From an uncultured Verrucomicrobiae bacterium (GTDB taxonomy: Bacteria; Verrucomicrobiota; Verrucomicrobiia; Chthoniobacterales; UBA10450), in NCBI GenBank assembly GCA_963756875.1, contig CAVWPA010000003.1, forward strand, positions 1 through 64,000: a stretch of 64,000 nucleotides of DNA, in the 5' to 3' direction. Each line of letters begins with the position of its first letter. The stretch's first letter is position 1. The notes under the pieces are model-generated. The model saw only the letters and a list, made by a program, of their open reading frames with translations, was not told the origin of the DNA and searched no databases. A program made the position numbers and the translations under genes. Below, piece by piece: positions 9,093 to 19,006 of this stretch.

Positions 9093-10802
9093 ATGAAACG
9101 GTTTTTGTTGGTCGTAGTCGCAGTGGTGATAGCGGCGTTTGCGATTTCGTACGGGTTGCGGCGCCTGGCGCAGACCCCGCATGCGGCCGTAACCACGCTG
9201 CTGCCAAAAGAGACGATTGCGTTCGTGCATTTGCCCGATCTGAACCGGACGCGCGACCAATGGCATGAATCGGATATCTACCGAATTTATCGGGAGCCGG
9301 CAGTGCAGGATTTTTTACGGCGGCCAATAGAAAGACTGAAACAAAACGGACAGGTTTCGCAGACTTTGCACGAGGTGGAACAGCTCGAGCCAAAGGATGG
9401 GTTCGTGGCGTTGATTTCGATCGACAACAAGAACCCGAAGCTGGCGGGCGGCTTTCATTTCCGGGGAAGCCAGGGCGAGGCGGATAAAATCGTCGGAAAA
9501 TGGATCGAGCGGCTGGTCCCGAACGCAGGAGAACACGAGAGCGTGCAGTATGAGAAACATAAGATCGAGATCGTGGGCGCGGCGCCGAACCGGGTGGCGA
9601 CCGTTTACGACGGAGATTGGTTTTTTGTGTCGAACGATCTCTCCGAGTTAAAAACGCTGCTCGACCGGGCGGACGGACGCGCGAAAGATCCGAAAACAAC
9701 GCTCACCGCAGACGAAACATTTCGCGCTGCGATGGCGCACATGCCGGCAAGTTACACGCTGCTTTTTTATCTTCAGCCGAGCGTCTTCGCGAAGAAACTC
9801 GCAACGTTTCGCGTCGGGAACGAGTCGCAACTTCTCGCGGACCAGCGCCCGATGCTCGAACAAATGCACAGCATTTGCGCGACGACGCGATTTGAAAACG
9901 GAAAAATCCACGACGTGTTTTTCGTGGGCATGCCGAACCTGCAACCAGACAACGCGCTAAACCGTTCGTCGCTTTATCTCGGAACAAAGGACACGTTTCT
10001 GTACCTGGCGACGTTGTTGAACGCGGAAAAATTAGCCGCGCTCAATCAACCCGCACCGGGTCCGCTGGCAGGCTGGCTCAAAAAACTGTTCGACGCGGCT
10101 TCGCGAAACGGCGTGACCATCGAGGACTGGAAGGCGGCATTCGAACTGGAGCTCGGCTCGCTGGGCGACTGGCCGGAGCGTTCACGCTGGCCATCGCTCG
10201 TCGCCACACTTCCGGTAAAGGATCCGGCGCGTGCCAACAAGATCGTCGACACCTTAACATCTGCCATCGATGAAGACGTTGCCTGGACGAAAACGGAAAA
10301 GGACGGAGTCCATTATTTTTACATGCCGATGCCGAGAAGTCTGCTGGCCTTCACGCCAACGATAGGGTTGTCGGACCGGATGCTGATCGCAGGCTTCGAT
10401 TCGGCGTCGGTGGAAGCGGCCATGAAACGGAGCGCGAAGCCGGCCGGCGAACTGGCAAGCTCATCCACGTACAGATCGGCCGCGCATGCGTTGCCCGCGC
10501 CGACGAGCTTTTCCGCGTACGTCGACCTGCCGCTGTTGTACACACGACTCGACACGGCGCTGCGGCCGATGCTGGTAATGAGCGCGGCGTTCATGCCCGC
10601 GATTTCAAATAACATCGATGTGAACAAACTGCCGCCCCCGGAAGTGATTACAAAACATCTGAGCCCGATCGTTGCATCGCAGCGATACGACGGCGACGGG
10701 TATGTGGCGGAGTCGATCGGACCGATCACGTTGAGTCAGGCAACGATCGTCGCGGTTTTGCCTGCGATCCTTTGGTTTAGCAGCCATCATCCGGCGCGAT
10801 AA
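9093..10802 (+). CDS. Hypothetical membrane-anchored protein (DUF3352-like)
   Basis: 569 aa with an N-terminal TM followed by LLPKETIAFVHLPD, and a C-terminal hydrophobic tail. Family call is tentative. Confidence 0.6.
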   Translation: MKRFLLVVVAVVIAAFAISYGLRRLAQTPHAAVTTLLPKETIAFVHLPDLNRTRDQWHESDIYRIYREPAVQDFLRRPIERLKQNGQVSQTLHEVEQLEPKDGFVALISIDNKNPKLAGGFHFRGSQGEADKIVGKWIERLVPNAGEHESVQYEKHKIEIVGAAPNRVATVYDGDWFFVSNDLSELKTLLDRADGRAKDPKTTLTADETFRAAMAHMPASYTLLFYLQPSVFAKKLATFRVGNESQLLADQRPMLEQMHSICATTRFENGKIHDVFFVGMPNLQPDNALNRSSLYLGTKDTFLYLATLLNAEKLAALNQPAPGPLAGWLKKLFDAASRNGVTIEDWKAAFELELGSLGDWPERSRWPSLVATLPVKDPARANKIVDTLTSAIDEDVAWTKTEKDGVHYFYMPMPRSLLAFTPTIGLSDRMLIAGFDSASVEAAMKRSAKPAGELASSSTYRSAAHALPAPTSFSAYVDLPLLYTRLDTALRPMLVMSAAFMPAISNNIDVNKLPPPEVITKHLSPIVASQRYDGDGYVAESIGPITLSQATIVAVLPAILWFSSHHPAR

Positions 10803-10912
10803 CCGCAGGCAGACTGCGCCATTTCGTCCCGGTCCAGCCAACGGCCTGAGTAAACTGTGCCGGCCAAGAATTATCTGTCAGTCTAACAAAAATGTGCTAT
10901 ATTGGCCGTCCT

Positions 10913-11224
10913 ATGGCTATTCTAAAAAAGAACGCATTTTCTCGTCGAGTTCCTGATCTGGTCACGGAGGAGTTGGTGGCCGTGCTTTCGCGGCGCGCCT
11001 CTTTCGAGTTCAAGGAATTGTTCGACATCGTACATGAAAATCTGCGTGCGCGGAATGCGGCCAGCGGAGGCGAGGAAATGCTGCGCCTGCGTGCTTACGA
11101 GAAGTTGCAAAACCTGGTGGCGCGCGGTGCGGTGAAAAAGAATGGCAAAAAATACAAGGGTCTTCCTTCATCTCTGGCAAAGGCGATTGCGCCGCAAAAC
11201 GGACAGTTTGCAGGGGTAAGATAA
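10913..11224 (+). CDS. Small conserved basic hypothetical protein (possible winged helix)
   Basis: Coherent ORF with GGEEMLRLRAYEKLQNLVARGAVKK, co-oriented with nuoA. Confidence 0.65.
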   Translation: MAILKKNAFSRRVPDLVTEELVAVLSRRASFEFKELFDIVHENLRARNAASGGEEMLRLRAYEKLQNLVARGAVKKNGKKYKGLPSSLAKAIAPQNGQFAGVR

Positions 11225-11254
11225 GATCGCTCACGTTTCGAAGAAAGGCGGCGC

Positions 11255-11626
11255 ATGCTGCAGCAATATCTGCCGGCCCTCCTGCAGGTTATCATAGCGG
11301 TCGGGTTCGCCGTTTCGGCGCTTGTCATTAGCGTTCTTCTAGGGAAGACCGGCCGGCGCACGCGAGCCAAGGACACCGCGTACGAGTGCGGGATGTTACC
11401 GCAGGGAGAGACGCAGCCGCGCTTCGCCGTGAAATTCTATCTGGTGGCGATGTTGTTCATCCTCTTCGACCTCGAGATTGTGTTCATGTATCCGTGGGCC
11501 GTGGTTTACAAGGAAGAGATCGCGCGGAGCAGCACGATTTTCTGGAGCATGCTCAGCTTCATCACAATCCTGATGGTGGGTTACGTTTACGCGCTGAAAA
11601 AAGGCGCGCTCGACTGGCGGAAATAG
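11255..11626 (+). CDS. nuoA: NADH-quinone oxidoreductase subunit A
   Basis: YECG loop, KFYLVAMLFILFDLEIVFMYPWA, KKGALDW end. Confidence 0.95.
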   Translation: MLQQYLPALLQVIIAVGFAVSALVISVLLGKTGRRTRAKDTAYECGMLPQGETQPRFAVKFYLVAMLFILFDLEIVFMYPWAVVYKEEIARSSTIFWSMLSFITILMVGYVYALKKGALDWRK

Positions 11627-11632
11627 CACGTT

Positions 11633-11958
11633 CCTTCTTCTGTGGTGGCAGCCGTGCCGGCTGCGTTTCTTTTTCTCTCTCTTCCCGCAGGCGACACGCC
11701 TGCCTCTACAGGCCTCCCTTCTTCTGTGGTGGCAGCCGTGCCGGCTGCGTTTCTTTCTCTCTCTTCCCGCAGGCGACACGCCTGCCTCTACAGGCCTCCC
11801 CTTCTTCTGTGGTGGCAGCCGTGCCGGCTGCGTTTGCTTTCTCTCTCTTCCCGCAAGCGACACGCCTGCCTCTACAGGCCTCCCTTCTTCTGTGGTGGCA
11901 GCCGTGCCGGCTGCGTTTCTTTCTCTCTCTTCCCGCAGGCGACACGCCTGCCTCTACA
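11633..11958 (+). repeat. REP/BIME array, 4 tandem units (82-84 bp period), left of RAYT
   Basis: Each unit is tgtggtggcagccgtgccggctgc (REP-B), a pyrimidine spacer, then gcaggcgacacgcctgcctctaca (reverse complement of GTAG-REP-A). Units end at 11710, 11792, 11876 and 11958. Confidence 0.95.
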
Positions 11959-11959
11959 G

Positions 11960-12409
11960 TTAGGCGCGATCGATCAGAACGATCTCGCCTTGATGCGGCC
12001 ACTCGTCTGCACGCTCGACCAGACCAGCCCGAACCGGGTTGTCCCGCACATAATTCCACTTTTGAGCGTAGCTCTCATCGCTGCGGAGGATATGATCAAA
12101 GAATCCCGGTTGCCAAAGCTTCGATATCCCGAGAGCGGTCGATATGCCACGTTTAAGTCCTCCAACCCATCGTGAAAGCAAGAAGTGTCGATCGCCACGC
12201 ACAAAAAGATGGATGTGGTCGGGCATAATCACGTAGCGACCAACCGCGACATTGAACCTCTCAGTCGCTTGCAGAGCGTAATTATCCAGCGCATCCTTTG
12301 CGTCACTTAACGAAAGAAATTTCCTGCGATTACGCGTACAAAACGTCACGAAGAAAAGCGGCCCGTCCAAGTAAATAAGATCAAGGCGACGTGGGCGATC
12401 CTTGATCAT
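11960..12409 (-). CDS. rayT: REP-associated tyrosine transposase (RAYT/TnpA-REP, Y1 HUH)
   Basis: FFVTFCT, YVIMPDHIH (HUH), WQPGFFDHILR and YVRDNPVRAGLV..W motifs, with GTAG-REP arrays on both sides. Confidence 0.92.
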   Translation of the reverse strand: MIKDRPRRLDLIYLDGPLFFVTFCTRNRRKFLSLSDAKDALDNYALQATERFNVAVGRYVIMPDHIHLFVRGDRHFLLSRWVGGLKRGISTALGISKLWQPGFFDHILRSDESYAQKWNYVRDNPVRAGLVERADEWPHQGEIVLIDRA

Positions 12410-12418
12410 CCTTCTGAT

Positions 12419-12650
12419 TGTAGCGGCAGCCGTGCCGGCTGCAATTCTTCAGATCCCTCGCAGGCGACACGCCTGCCTCTACAGGCCTCCCTTTCTTCTG
12501 TGGTGGCAGCCGTGCCGGCTGCAATTCTTTTCTCTCTCTTCCCGCAGGCGACACGCCTGCCTCTACAGGCCTCCCTTCTTCTGTGGTGGCAGCCGTGCCG
12601 GCTGCGTTTCTTTTCTCTCTCTTCCCGCAGGCGACACGCCTGCCTCTACA
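12419..12650 (+). repeat. REP/BIME array, 3 units, right of RAYT
   Basis: Units end at 12483, 12567 and 12650. The RAYT-proximal REP-B begins tGTAGcg, the others tGTGGtg. Confidence 0.95.
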
Positions 12651-12661
12651 GTTGCCCGTTC

Positions 12662-13900
12662 CTAAACGTGGATTCGATTCGTCCACAGGTACAAATATGC
12701 GGCCATCGCGTTGATCCCGACTGACACGACAAATAGAACCGCTTCGGTAACCGAGAACGAACCCGGGCCGTTCTCGAGCACCAAAAGAAAAAACCAGGGC
12801 AGAAGGACGATCGCGTAACGGTAGGAAAACTGCCAGCCGCCGGGGTTACCGTGGCACCATAGGACGAGGGTCAACAATCCGATCGCCATCCACGAAAGCA
12901 GCTTGTGCTTTCCGCCTTCGCGAAAGAGGAGAAACAGGAACGGGCTTGCGAGAAAAATGGATCCACCAAACGCATGCGGAAGGAGATAGGGAAAATCGGG
13001 GATATCTTCGAATCCCTCGAACAACATTTTGTGCATGTTCCACGGGATGGCACGGACCGAAAACAATCCATGCCGGTACCACGGTTCCTGGAGCAGGTTC
13101 GGAATGTGGCTGTATCCGAAATCAAAAATGGAGTGAAAACGGGCGAAATTGTATGCCGCTGTGAAAAGCGCAAGGAGGCCGGGCACGACCAGAAAGCGCG
13201 CGAATACCGGAAAACTGGAGCGGAGTCGGAGCATGAAGACCTTTAAAAGCGGCCCCCCGCCGGCCTGAGGCGGCAGCCACAGGTAAAGATAAATTGGCAA
13301 TGTGAGAAGGAGCTCGGTCCGATTCCCGAACGCGAGAGCAAAAAAGGCACCCGCCAAAAGAGGTCGCGGTCGAACCAGCGTGAAATAGAGCGCAGCGGTC
13401 TGGCCGAGGAGAGCAAACCCGAGAGCGACATGCCACGCGCCCCCAAAACCGAGATCGCACCAGGCCCATGTTCCAAAAATGGGAAACAGGGCGAGTAAAA
13501 TCCGCCGCCCGGCCGAGCAGTCGCCGAAACGACATAATCCCCAGAAAAAACAGACACATAACCCTGCGAGCGCCGCCATCACCAGGCGCGCCGGAAAGTT
13601 TGCAACCAATCCAGCCTCCTGTAAAAGCGCGACCGGAACCACGCTAAGAACCGCGCCAAGGGGGAAAACGGAATAATATGCGCCGTCATGGGGCACCATT
13701 TCATTGAGCCAGGAGGGTGGCTGGTTCCGCAGGCCCAAATGGCCATGCAACATCGCTGAAGCGATCCGGGCGGTATAATCGAAGGGTTGTTGCGTCGGGC
13801 TGGTCGAGAGATAAAAAACAACAGCCGCGAGCAGGGAAATCGCCGCGGCTTCCCAGAGGCCGCGCCTTCTGGACCCGGGTTGTATTTCAGCTGCTGTCAC
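12662..13900 (-). CDS. Polytopic membrane protein, probable GT-C-fold glycosyltransferase
   Basis: Many TM segments, YYSVFPLG loop, YNFARFHSIFDFGY and GWQFSYRY motifs. Confidence 0.6.
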   Translation of the reverse strand: MTAAEIQPGSRRRGLWEAAAISLLAAVVFYLSTSPTQQPFDYTARIASAMLHGHLGLRNQPPSWLNEMVPHDGAYYSVFPLGAVLSVVPVALLQEAGLVANFPARLVMAALAGLCVCFFWGLCRFGDCSAGRRILLALFPIFGTWAWCDLGFGGAWHVALGFALLGQTAALYFTLVRPRPLLAGAFFALAFGNRTELLLTLPIYLYLWLPPQAGGGPLLKVFMLRLRSSFPVFARFLVVPGLLALFTAAYNFARFHSIFDFGYSHIPNLLQEPWYRHGLFSVRAIPWNMHKMLFEGFEDIPDFPYLLPHAFGGSIFLASPFLFLLFREGGKHKLLSWMAIGLLTLVLWCHGNPGGWQFSYRYAIVLLPWFFLLVLENGPGSFSVTEAVLFVVSVGINAMAAYLYLWTNRIHV

Positions 13901-14011
13901 GTTGTTTTACTTACCCGGCTTCGGCCAAAATGACGACGAAATATGCAGATAGCCCGGGCCCGGGATTCTCACTTGCGAACCCGCCGGAACCGCCTAATAG
14001 CTAAGTCCGCG

Positions 14012-14329
14012 ATGGTTCATCACGTTGTCCTGTACAAACTTAAGCCTGACGTCACCCCGGCACGCATCGAGGAGATGATGATGAACGCCCGCATGCAGTT
14101 GCTGAAAATCCCGGAAGTGCTCAGCATCAAATGCGGGAAACGGATCGACCCGGAAGTGGCATGGCCGTTCTTTATCGCCATCGATTTCGAATCGATGGAT
14201 AAATTTTCCATCTTCCGGGAGGACCCCGTTTTCGTGAAATTCATGGAGGAGATCATCAAGCCGAATACCTCCGATTCGCTCAGCCTGGATTTCGAGATGG
14301 ACCCGGGCAAGGACGTGCGGTTCTCCTAA
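14012..14329 (+). CDS. Dabb (stress-responsive A/B barrel) family protein
   Basis: MVHHVVLYKLK...KIPEVLSIKCG...DFES pattern. Confidence 0.8.
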   Translation: MVHHVVLYKLKPDVTPARIEEMMMNARMQLLKIPEVLSIKCGKRIDPEVAWPFFIAIDFESMDKFSIFREDPVFVKFMEEIIKPNTSDSLSLDFEMDPGKDVRFS

Positions 14330-14428
14330 ATTGCGGAGTGCGGATCGCGAATTGCGGATTGAAATTGGCGTGTTGAGAGCGAAGCGGTTCTTTTAAGCTC
14401 CGAGATCCGCAATCCACAATCCGCAATG
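14330..14428. repeat. Inverted heptamer-periodic repeat (TTGCGGA / TCCGCAA)
   Basis: ttgcggagtgcggatcgcgaattgcggatt ... atccgcaatccacaatccgcaa. Confidence 0.75.
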
Positions 14429-15322
14429 AAAAAAGCAATTGTTCTCGCCGGCGGCGCCGGGAGCCGTCTTTTTCCAATCACGAAGATTGTCTGCAAGCAG
14501 CTGCTGCCGGTTTACGACAAGCCGATGATCTGCTATCCGCTGGCCACGCTCATGCTGGGCGGTCTGCGCGACATCCTGATCATCTCCACGCCAAAGGATT
14601 TGCCGATGCTGCGCGATTTTTTGGGCGACGGAGAGCGACTTGGAATTCGCCTCCAATATGCCGAGCAGCCCAGGCCGGAAGGGATCGCCCAGGCATTCTT
14701 GATCGGCGCGAGATTTCTTCAGGGTTCGGGCGCGTCACTAATTTTGGGCGACAACATTTTTTACGGAAAACTCGATTTTTACCGGGAGGCGCTGGCCATC
14801 AAAAAGGGGGCATGCATTTTTGCCTATCAGGTCCGCGATCCGGAACGTTATGGAGTCGTTGAGTTCGGACCGGACGGGCGCGCAATTAGCCTGGAAGAGA
14901 AGCCGAAAAAGCCGAGAAGCCAGTTCGCCGTTCCCGGCCTTTATGTTTACGACGAGCAAGTGGTCGATCTTTGCCAAAGTTTGCGACCATCCGCGCGCGG
15001 CGAATTGGAGATCACCGATTTGAACCTGCTTTATCTGAAGCAGAAGGCGTTGCACGTGAAGTTGCTCAGCCGCGGGATGGCCTGGCTCGACACGGGGACT
15101 CAAACCAGCCTGCTCGAAGCGAGCAACTACATCGCCACGGTTGAGCATCGCCAGGGGTTAAAGGTGGCTTGTCTCGAGGAAGTGGCGTTGCGGATGGGTT
15201 TCATCACGCAGTCCGACCTCGCCGCGATTATCGACGGTGTGCCAAAGGGCGAGTACCGGGATTATTTGCAGATGGTTTGCGATGAGGGCGGGACCGCGCC
15301 CGGGCCGGAACCGATAGGGTGA
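14426..15322 (+). CDS. rfbA: Glucose-1-phosphate thymidylyltransferase
   Basis: VLAGGAGSRLFP, KQLLPVYDKPMI, LGDNIFYG, EEKP, RGELEITD, WLDTGT. Confidence 0.95.
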   Translation: MKKAIVLAGGAGSRLFPITKIVCKQLLPVYDKPMICYPLATLMLGGLRDILIISTPKDLPMLRDFLGDGERLGIRLQYAEQPRPEGIAQAFLIGARFLQGSGASLILGDNIFYGKLDFYREALAIKKGACIFAYQVRDPERYGVVEFGPDGRAISLEEKPKKPRSQFAVPGLYVYDEQVVDLCQSLRPSARGELEITDLNLLYLKQKALHVKLLSRGMAWLDTGTQTSLLEASNYIATVEHRQGLKVACLEEVALRMGFITQSDLAAIIDGVPKGEYRDYLQMVCDEGGTAPGPEPIG

Positions 15323-15324
15323 AA

Positions 15325-15440
15325 AACTCCAGGTTCCAAGCGCCAAATCCCAAGGAATATCTAATCACCAAACACCAATCCTCCTTGGAGCTTGGGATTT
15401 GAAATTTTCCCGGGGTTTGGGTTTTGGTGCTTGGAGCTTT
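15325..15440. repeat. Inverted heptamer-periodic repeat (CCAAATC/CCAAGCT family) between convergent genes
   Basis: ccaagcgccaaatcccaagg... paired with ttggagcttgggattt...ttttggtgcttggagc. Confidence 0.75.
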
Positions 15441-15480
15441 TTCCTTTCGGCGTTCCCCACTCCGCACTCCGCAATCCGTT

Positions 15481-16134
15481 TTACTTCGGTTGTTCGCGCA
15501 GAAGGTGGTTCGTGTCCGCCAGCAGCTTTGTCATCGCATCCGCCTCGACCGCATCGTAATAGCCGCGAATTTGACCGTGCCGGTCCACCAATACCATGCG
15601 AGTGCTGTGCACGGGAACCCCCTTTTCGTCGCTACCGTCCGATGCCGCCAACTTAAATCCGTTGCGCGAAATGTTGTAGATTGCGGATTGCGGGCCGGTG
15701 AGAAAATCCCAGCGCCCCGTTTGCGCGCCTAATTGTTTTCCATAGGCACGAAGCACTTCCGGCGTGTCTTTCGCCGGATCGACCGTGAACGAGACGAGGT
15801 GCACGTCGGTTTTTTCCAACGGCTTTTGCAACTCGCTCATTCGCATGCTGATCATCGGGCATGGCCCCGGACAGGTTGTATAAATAAAATCGGCGATCCA
15901 GATCTTTCCCTGCAGTTGGGCGGAGCCGAACGGTTGCCCATTCTGATTTGTGAGTTCGAAGGTCGGGGCCGCTCCGTATGAGGAAATGGCGCGGTGTCTA
16001 AGGGTGCTTACCTCTGCATGCCGCAGCCAGAGCAGCATGGCGAGCGTAAGCACGGGGATGAGAATTAATATGATTTTCCAGGCAAGCGAGACTGGCCGGC
16101 TGGCTCCCCGCGTTTCTGTCGATGCACTGTTCAT
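15481..16134 (-). CDS. SCO1/SenC copper chaperone
   Basis: FIYTTCPGPCP (CxxxC), VDPAKDTPEVL and conserved His in VHSTRMVLVD. Confidence 0.92.
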   Translation of the reverse strand: MNSASTETRGASRPVSLAWKIILILIPVLTLAMLLWLRHAEVSTLRHRAISSYGAAPTFELTNQNGQPFGSAQLQGKIWIADFIYTTCPGPCPMISMRMSELQKPLEKTDVHLVSFTVDPAKDTPEVLRAYGKQLGAQTGRWDFLTGPQSAIYNISRNGFKLAASDGSDEKGVPVHSTRMVLVDRHGQIRGYYDAVEADAMTKLLADTNHLLREQPK

Positions 16135-17046
16135 AGCTTTGTCAGTACCAGAGCCAGGAGCAGAAGCGGAAGATAAATGATGGATGCGATAAAGAGCGAA
16201 CACGCTTCTCGCCGTGTCCGCTTCTGGTGAAACCGCAACGCCATTACCATGAACGCGCCACCCAGCGCGAATGCAATCGGGACGTAAATTGCGTTTGTCA
16301 GGCCGAGATAACCGGGCACGCCCGCGACGATCAAAAGCAGCAAACAGAAAAGAACGCTTTGGCTGGAACTGCGCGCCGCGGTCTCGTCATCGCTTGAAAC
16401 CATCTGGAAACCGGCCCGCGCGTAATCCGCTCGATACATCCAGGCCAGCGCAAAAAAATGCGGCAATTGCCAGAAAAACAGAATCGCGAATAAACTCCAG
16501 GCTCCAAGGCCGAGTTCCCCGCGCGCCGCAGCACCACCCGATCATCGGTGGAAGGGCGCCCGCAACGGCCCCGATCAATGTGTTCGTCGTGCTGATCCGT
16601 TTCAGAGGCGTGTAAGCAAAAATGTAAAGAGCGATGGTGCCGACGGCCAGAAAGGCAGTCAGCGGGTTGGCCGCGATTCCCAGGTAAACAATTCCGCTCA
16701 CCGCCAGGACCACGCCAATAATCAACGCGTCCCGCGCACGCATTCTCCCTGCCGGTATCGGGCGCATTTTTGTTCGCTCCATCAGGGCATCCAGCCGCCG
16801 TTCCCACCATTGATTGAGCGCGGCGGCGCTCCCCGCAGCCAGCGCTGTCCCAAACACCGTATGGAAAAGCCCTGCGTAATCGACCGAACCTTCCGCGCCA
16901 AGATAGTACCCGACCGCCGTGGTGAGTAGGACCAGCGCCGTGAGTCGCACTTTCACCAACTGGGCAAAATCGGCGGCGGCACCGACGCGCGATACTTCGG
17001 CAAGGGCGCCAACATCGACGATTTCGCTATCAATCGCCGTTTTCAT
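16131..17046 (-). CDS. ctaB: Protoheme IX farnesyltransferase (heme O synthase), +1 frameshift near 16530
   Basis: NQWWERRLDALMERTKMRPIPAG, YTPLKR, GALPPMIGW. One-base removal joins it to FFWQLPHFFALAW..DYARAG. Span is 3n+1. Confidence 0.9.
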
Positions 17047-18071
17047 GCAATCTCCGCTCCCTTCGCTTCCAATGGCGCGCCTGCTTTTTCATCGCGTTGC
17101 GCTTGCAGGATCCGCCAGCAAATGGCCCAAATGCTCACTCCAAAAGATAGCATGGTTGCGCCGACCGCGACATGGGCCGTCGCGATATCGGCAGCCTTGT
17201 TGCTCCAAATTGTCCAGGCGCCGAGGGTCACCTGCAGAAAAACGAGAGCGACCCACAGAATCGCCAAACGCCTCAACGCGGCAACGCGGCGTGCATCTCT
17301 CCAAACACGCAGACAGAACGCGATCACCGCGATGGTGATCAGCAGAGCCAGAAACCGGTGCGCCATTTGTAGCCAGATCTGAGCGGCGGTCACCTCGGAG
17401 AAGCCGTGCGCATCTCGCCAAACGTTGATTTTTGTCAGCGCGCTCGCGCTCGTATCGGGAATCCACGCACCATTTGCGGTCGGAAAATCGAGAATGGAAA
17501 GATCACGATGTTGGTGCCGCATCGTCGCTCCGAGCGCAAGCTGGGTATAAATGGCAATGGTCGTGGCGATCGCGATGGTCTTGATTCCCATAAACTTCTT
17601 CGGGTCGACCGCCATTCGTGACAACGATCGCCAGAAGTTCGTGGTCATCAGCGCGATCAGGACAATGAGTCCAAGGAACGCCTGGGCGATGCAGGCGTGA
17701 AAAATTCCGATCTGATCTTTGAGCATGGTGACACGCAAACCACCCAGTATCCCCTGCAAAATCACGCCGGCGACCGCGATCAGACCGAGAGTCCGGATTG
17801 TTTGGCGATCCTGGCTTCGCCAAAGCCAGATGGCGAGGATGATGGTCAGCACACCTACGGTTGAGGCGATGAGCCGATGCGTATGCTCGAAAAAGATTCC
17901 GCCGATCCATTTGGAAACGGGGAACAAAAACATGTTGTAGCCAAACGTGGTTGGCCAATCGGGCACGGCCAGTCCGGCCCCTTTGCTGGTCACCATTCCG
18001 CCGCTGCAAATGAGAAACAGCGTGGCAACTGCTGTGAACCAGGCGAAGCGATTACACCAGCGCGCCGACAC
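17043..18071 (-). CDS. ctaA: Heme A synthase (COX15/CtaA)
   Basis: GLAVPDWP, FEHTHR, QGILGGLRV, FHAC, MAHR and AHV motifs. Start is uncertain (GTG 18071 chosen). Confidence 0.88.
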   Translation of the reverse strand: MSARWCNRFAWFTAVATLFLICSGGMVTSKGAGLAVPDWPTTFGYNMFLFPVSKWIGGIFFEHTHRLIASTVGVLTIILAIWLWRSQDRQTIRTLGLIAVAGVILQGILGGLRVTMLKDQIGIFHACIAQAFLGLIVLIALMTTNFWRSLSRMAVDPKKFMGIKTIAIATTIAIYTQLALGATMRHQHRDLSILDFPTANGAWIPDTSASALTKINVWRDAHGFSEVTAAQIWLQMAHRFLALLITIAVIAFCLRVWRDARRVAALRRLAILWVALVFLQVTLGAWTIWSNKAADIATAHVAVGATMLSFGVSIWAICWRILQAQRDEKAGAPLEAKGAEIA

Positions 18072-18127
18072 GGAAGCTGTCGATTCTGGCCCCAAAATCC
18101 GTCTCTCCCGCTTCCAGGCCCAGCCTT

Positions 18128-19006
18128 CTACCGACCGCCGGGAGAGGGCGAAACAGCCGGCCCGGGCGGGTTGTTCTGGGGTTTTGTGGCTGAACTCGAC
18201 GCCTTGGGCGGAGGCGGAGGCGCGCTGGATGTTGCGGCGAGTTCGGCGCGTTCTTTCAACCAGGCCTGATAATCTGCCGGCGTGTCCACGACGAGCGTTC
18301 CTTTCATGCCGTAATGACCGAGCCCGCACAGCTGGCCGCACACGATTTCATAAGTTCCGGTTTTAATTGGCGTAAACCAGACCGGAATCAGCGAGCCCGG
18401 GATGGCGTCGCCAGCGATCCGCATCGCGGGCACGCAGAAGTCGTGGATCACGTCCTTGGAAGAAAGCTGGACGATGACCGGACGATCGATCGGTATGTGC
18501 AGTTCGCCGCTGGTGACGATATCGTCTTTACCGTCCGGATCGTTTGGATCGAGCCCGACCGGATTCGAGGTGCTGACTAAATCCACAGAGCGCCGCCCAA
18601 ACCGGCCATCCGGTCCGGGCAGAAGGAAATTGAAATTGAACTGTTGCGCCACCATGTGAACGAGGACTGCGTTTTTCCCGGGCGGAAATTCATTGACTCG
18701 CTTCGCCCAAAGAGGGATCGCAAAGCCGAGAAGCAGCACCGCCTCGATCAGCACCACTGAGAATTCCAAGTGTGTGGAAATGCCGCTGCGCACGCCTTCA
18801 TGATCGGCACGCGGATGGCGCCCCTTGCGGAAGCGGATTAAAACCACAATGAAAAAAACGGACCACCCAACGAAAAGCGCGCCCATGAACCAATGGGCGA
18901 ATTCCAGGATGTGATCGATCTGGAAGCCGTGCTCCGACGCATTGGGCGGCTGCCCAAGGAACTCGTTGATGAGTGCCAGGCTATTGATCAGCGCCAGACT
19001 ACTCAT
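18128..19006 (-). CDS. coxB: Cytochrome c oxidase subunit II (CuA), no fused cytochrome c
   Basis: DVIHDF, DAIPG and CGQLCGLGHYGM CuA motif; no CxxCH. Confidence 0.92.
   Translation of the reverse strand: MSSLALINSLALINEFLGQPPNASEHGFQIDHILEFAHWFMGALFVGWSVFFIVVLIRFRKGRHPRADHEGVRSGISTHLEFSVVLIEAVLLLGFAIPLWAKRVNEFPPGKNAVLVHMVAQQFNFNFLLPGPDGRFGRRSVDLVSTSNPVGLDPNDPDGKDDIVTSGELHIPIDRPVIVQLSSKDVIHDFCVPAMRIAGDAIPGSLIPVWFTPIKTGTYEIVCGQLCGLGHYGMKGTLVVDTPADYQAWLKERAELAATSSAPPPPPKASSSATKPQNNPPGPAVSPSPGGR

Noticed and set aside
11960..12409. IS200/IS605 insertion sequence
   Set aside because: No tnpB is present, and the WQ..FFDH..R and NPVRAGL motifs plus REP arrays fit RAYT.
11633..12650. CRISPR array (regular ~83-bp period)
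   Set aside because: The intervening sequences are near-identical rather than unique spacers, the repeats are GTAG-type REP hairpins, and the adjacent gene is a RAYT with no cas genes.
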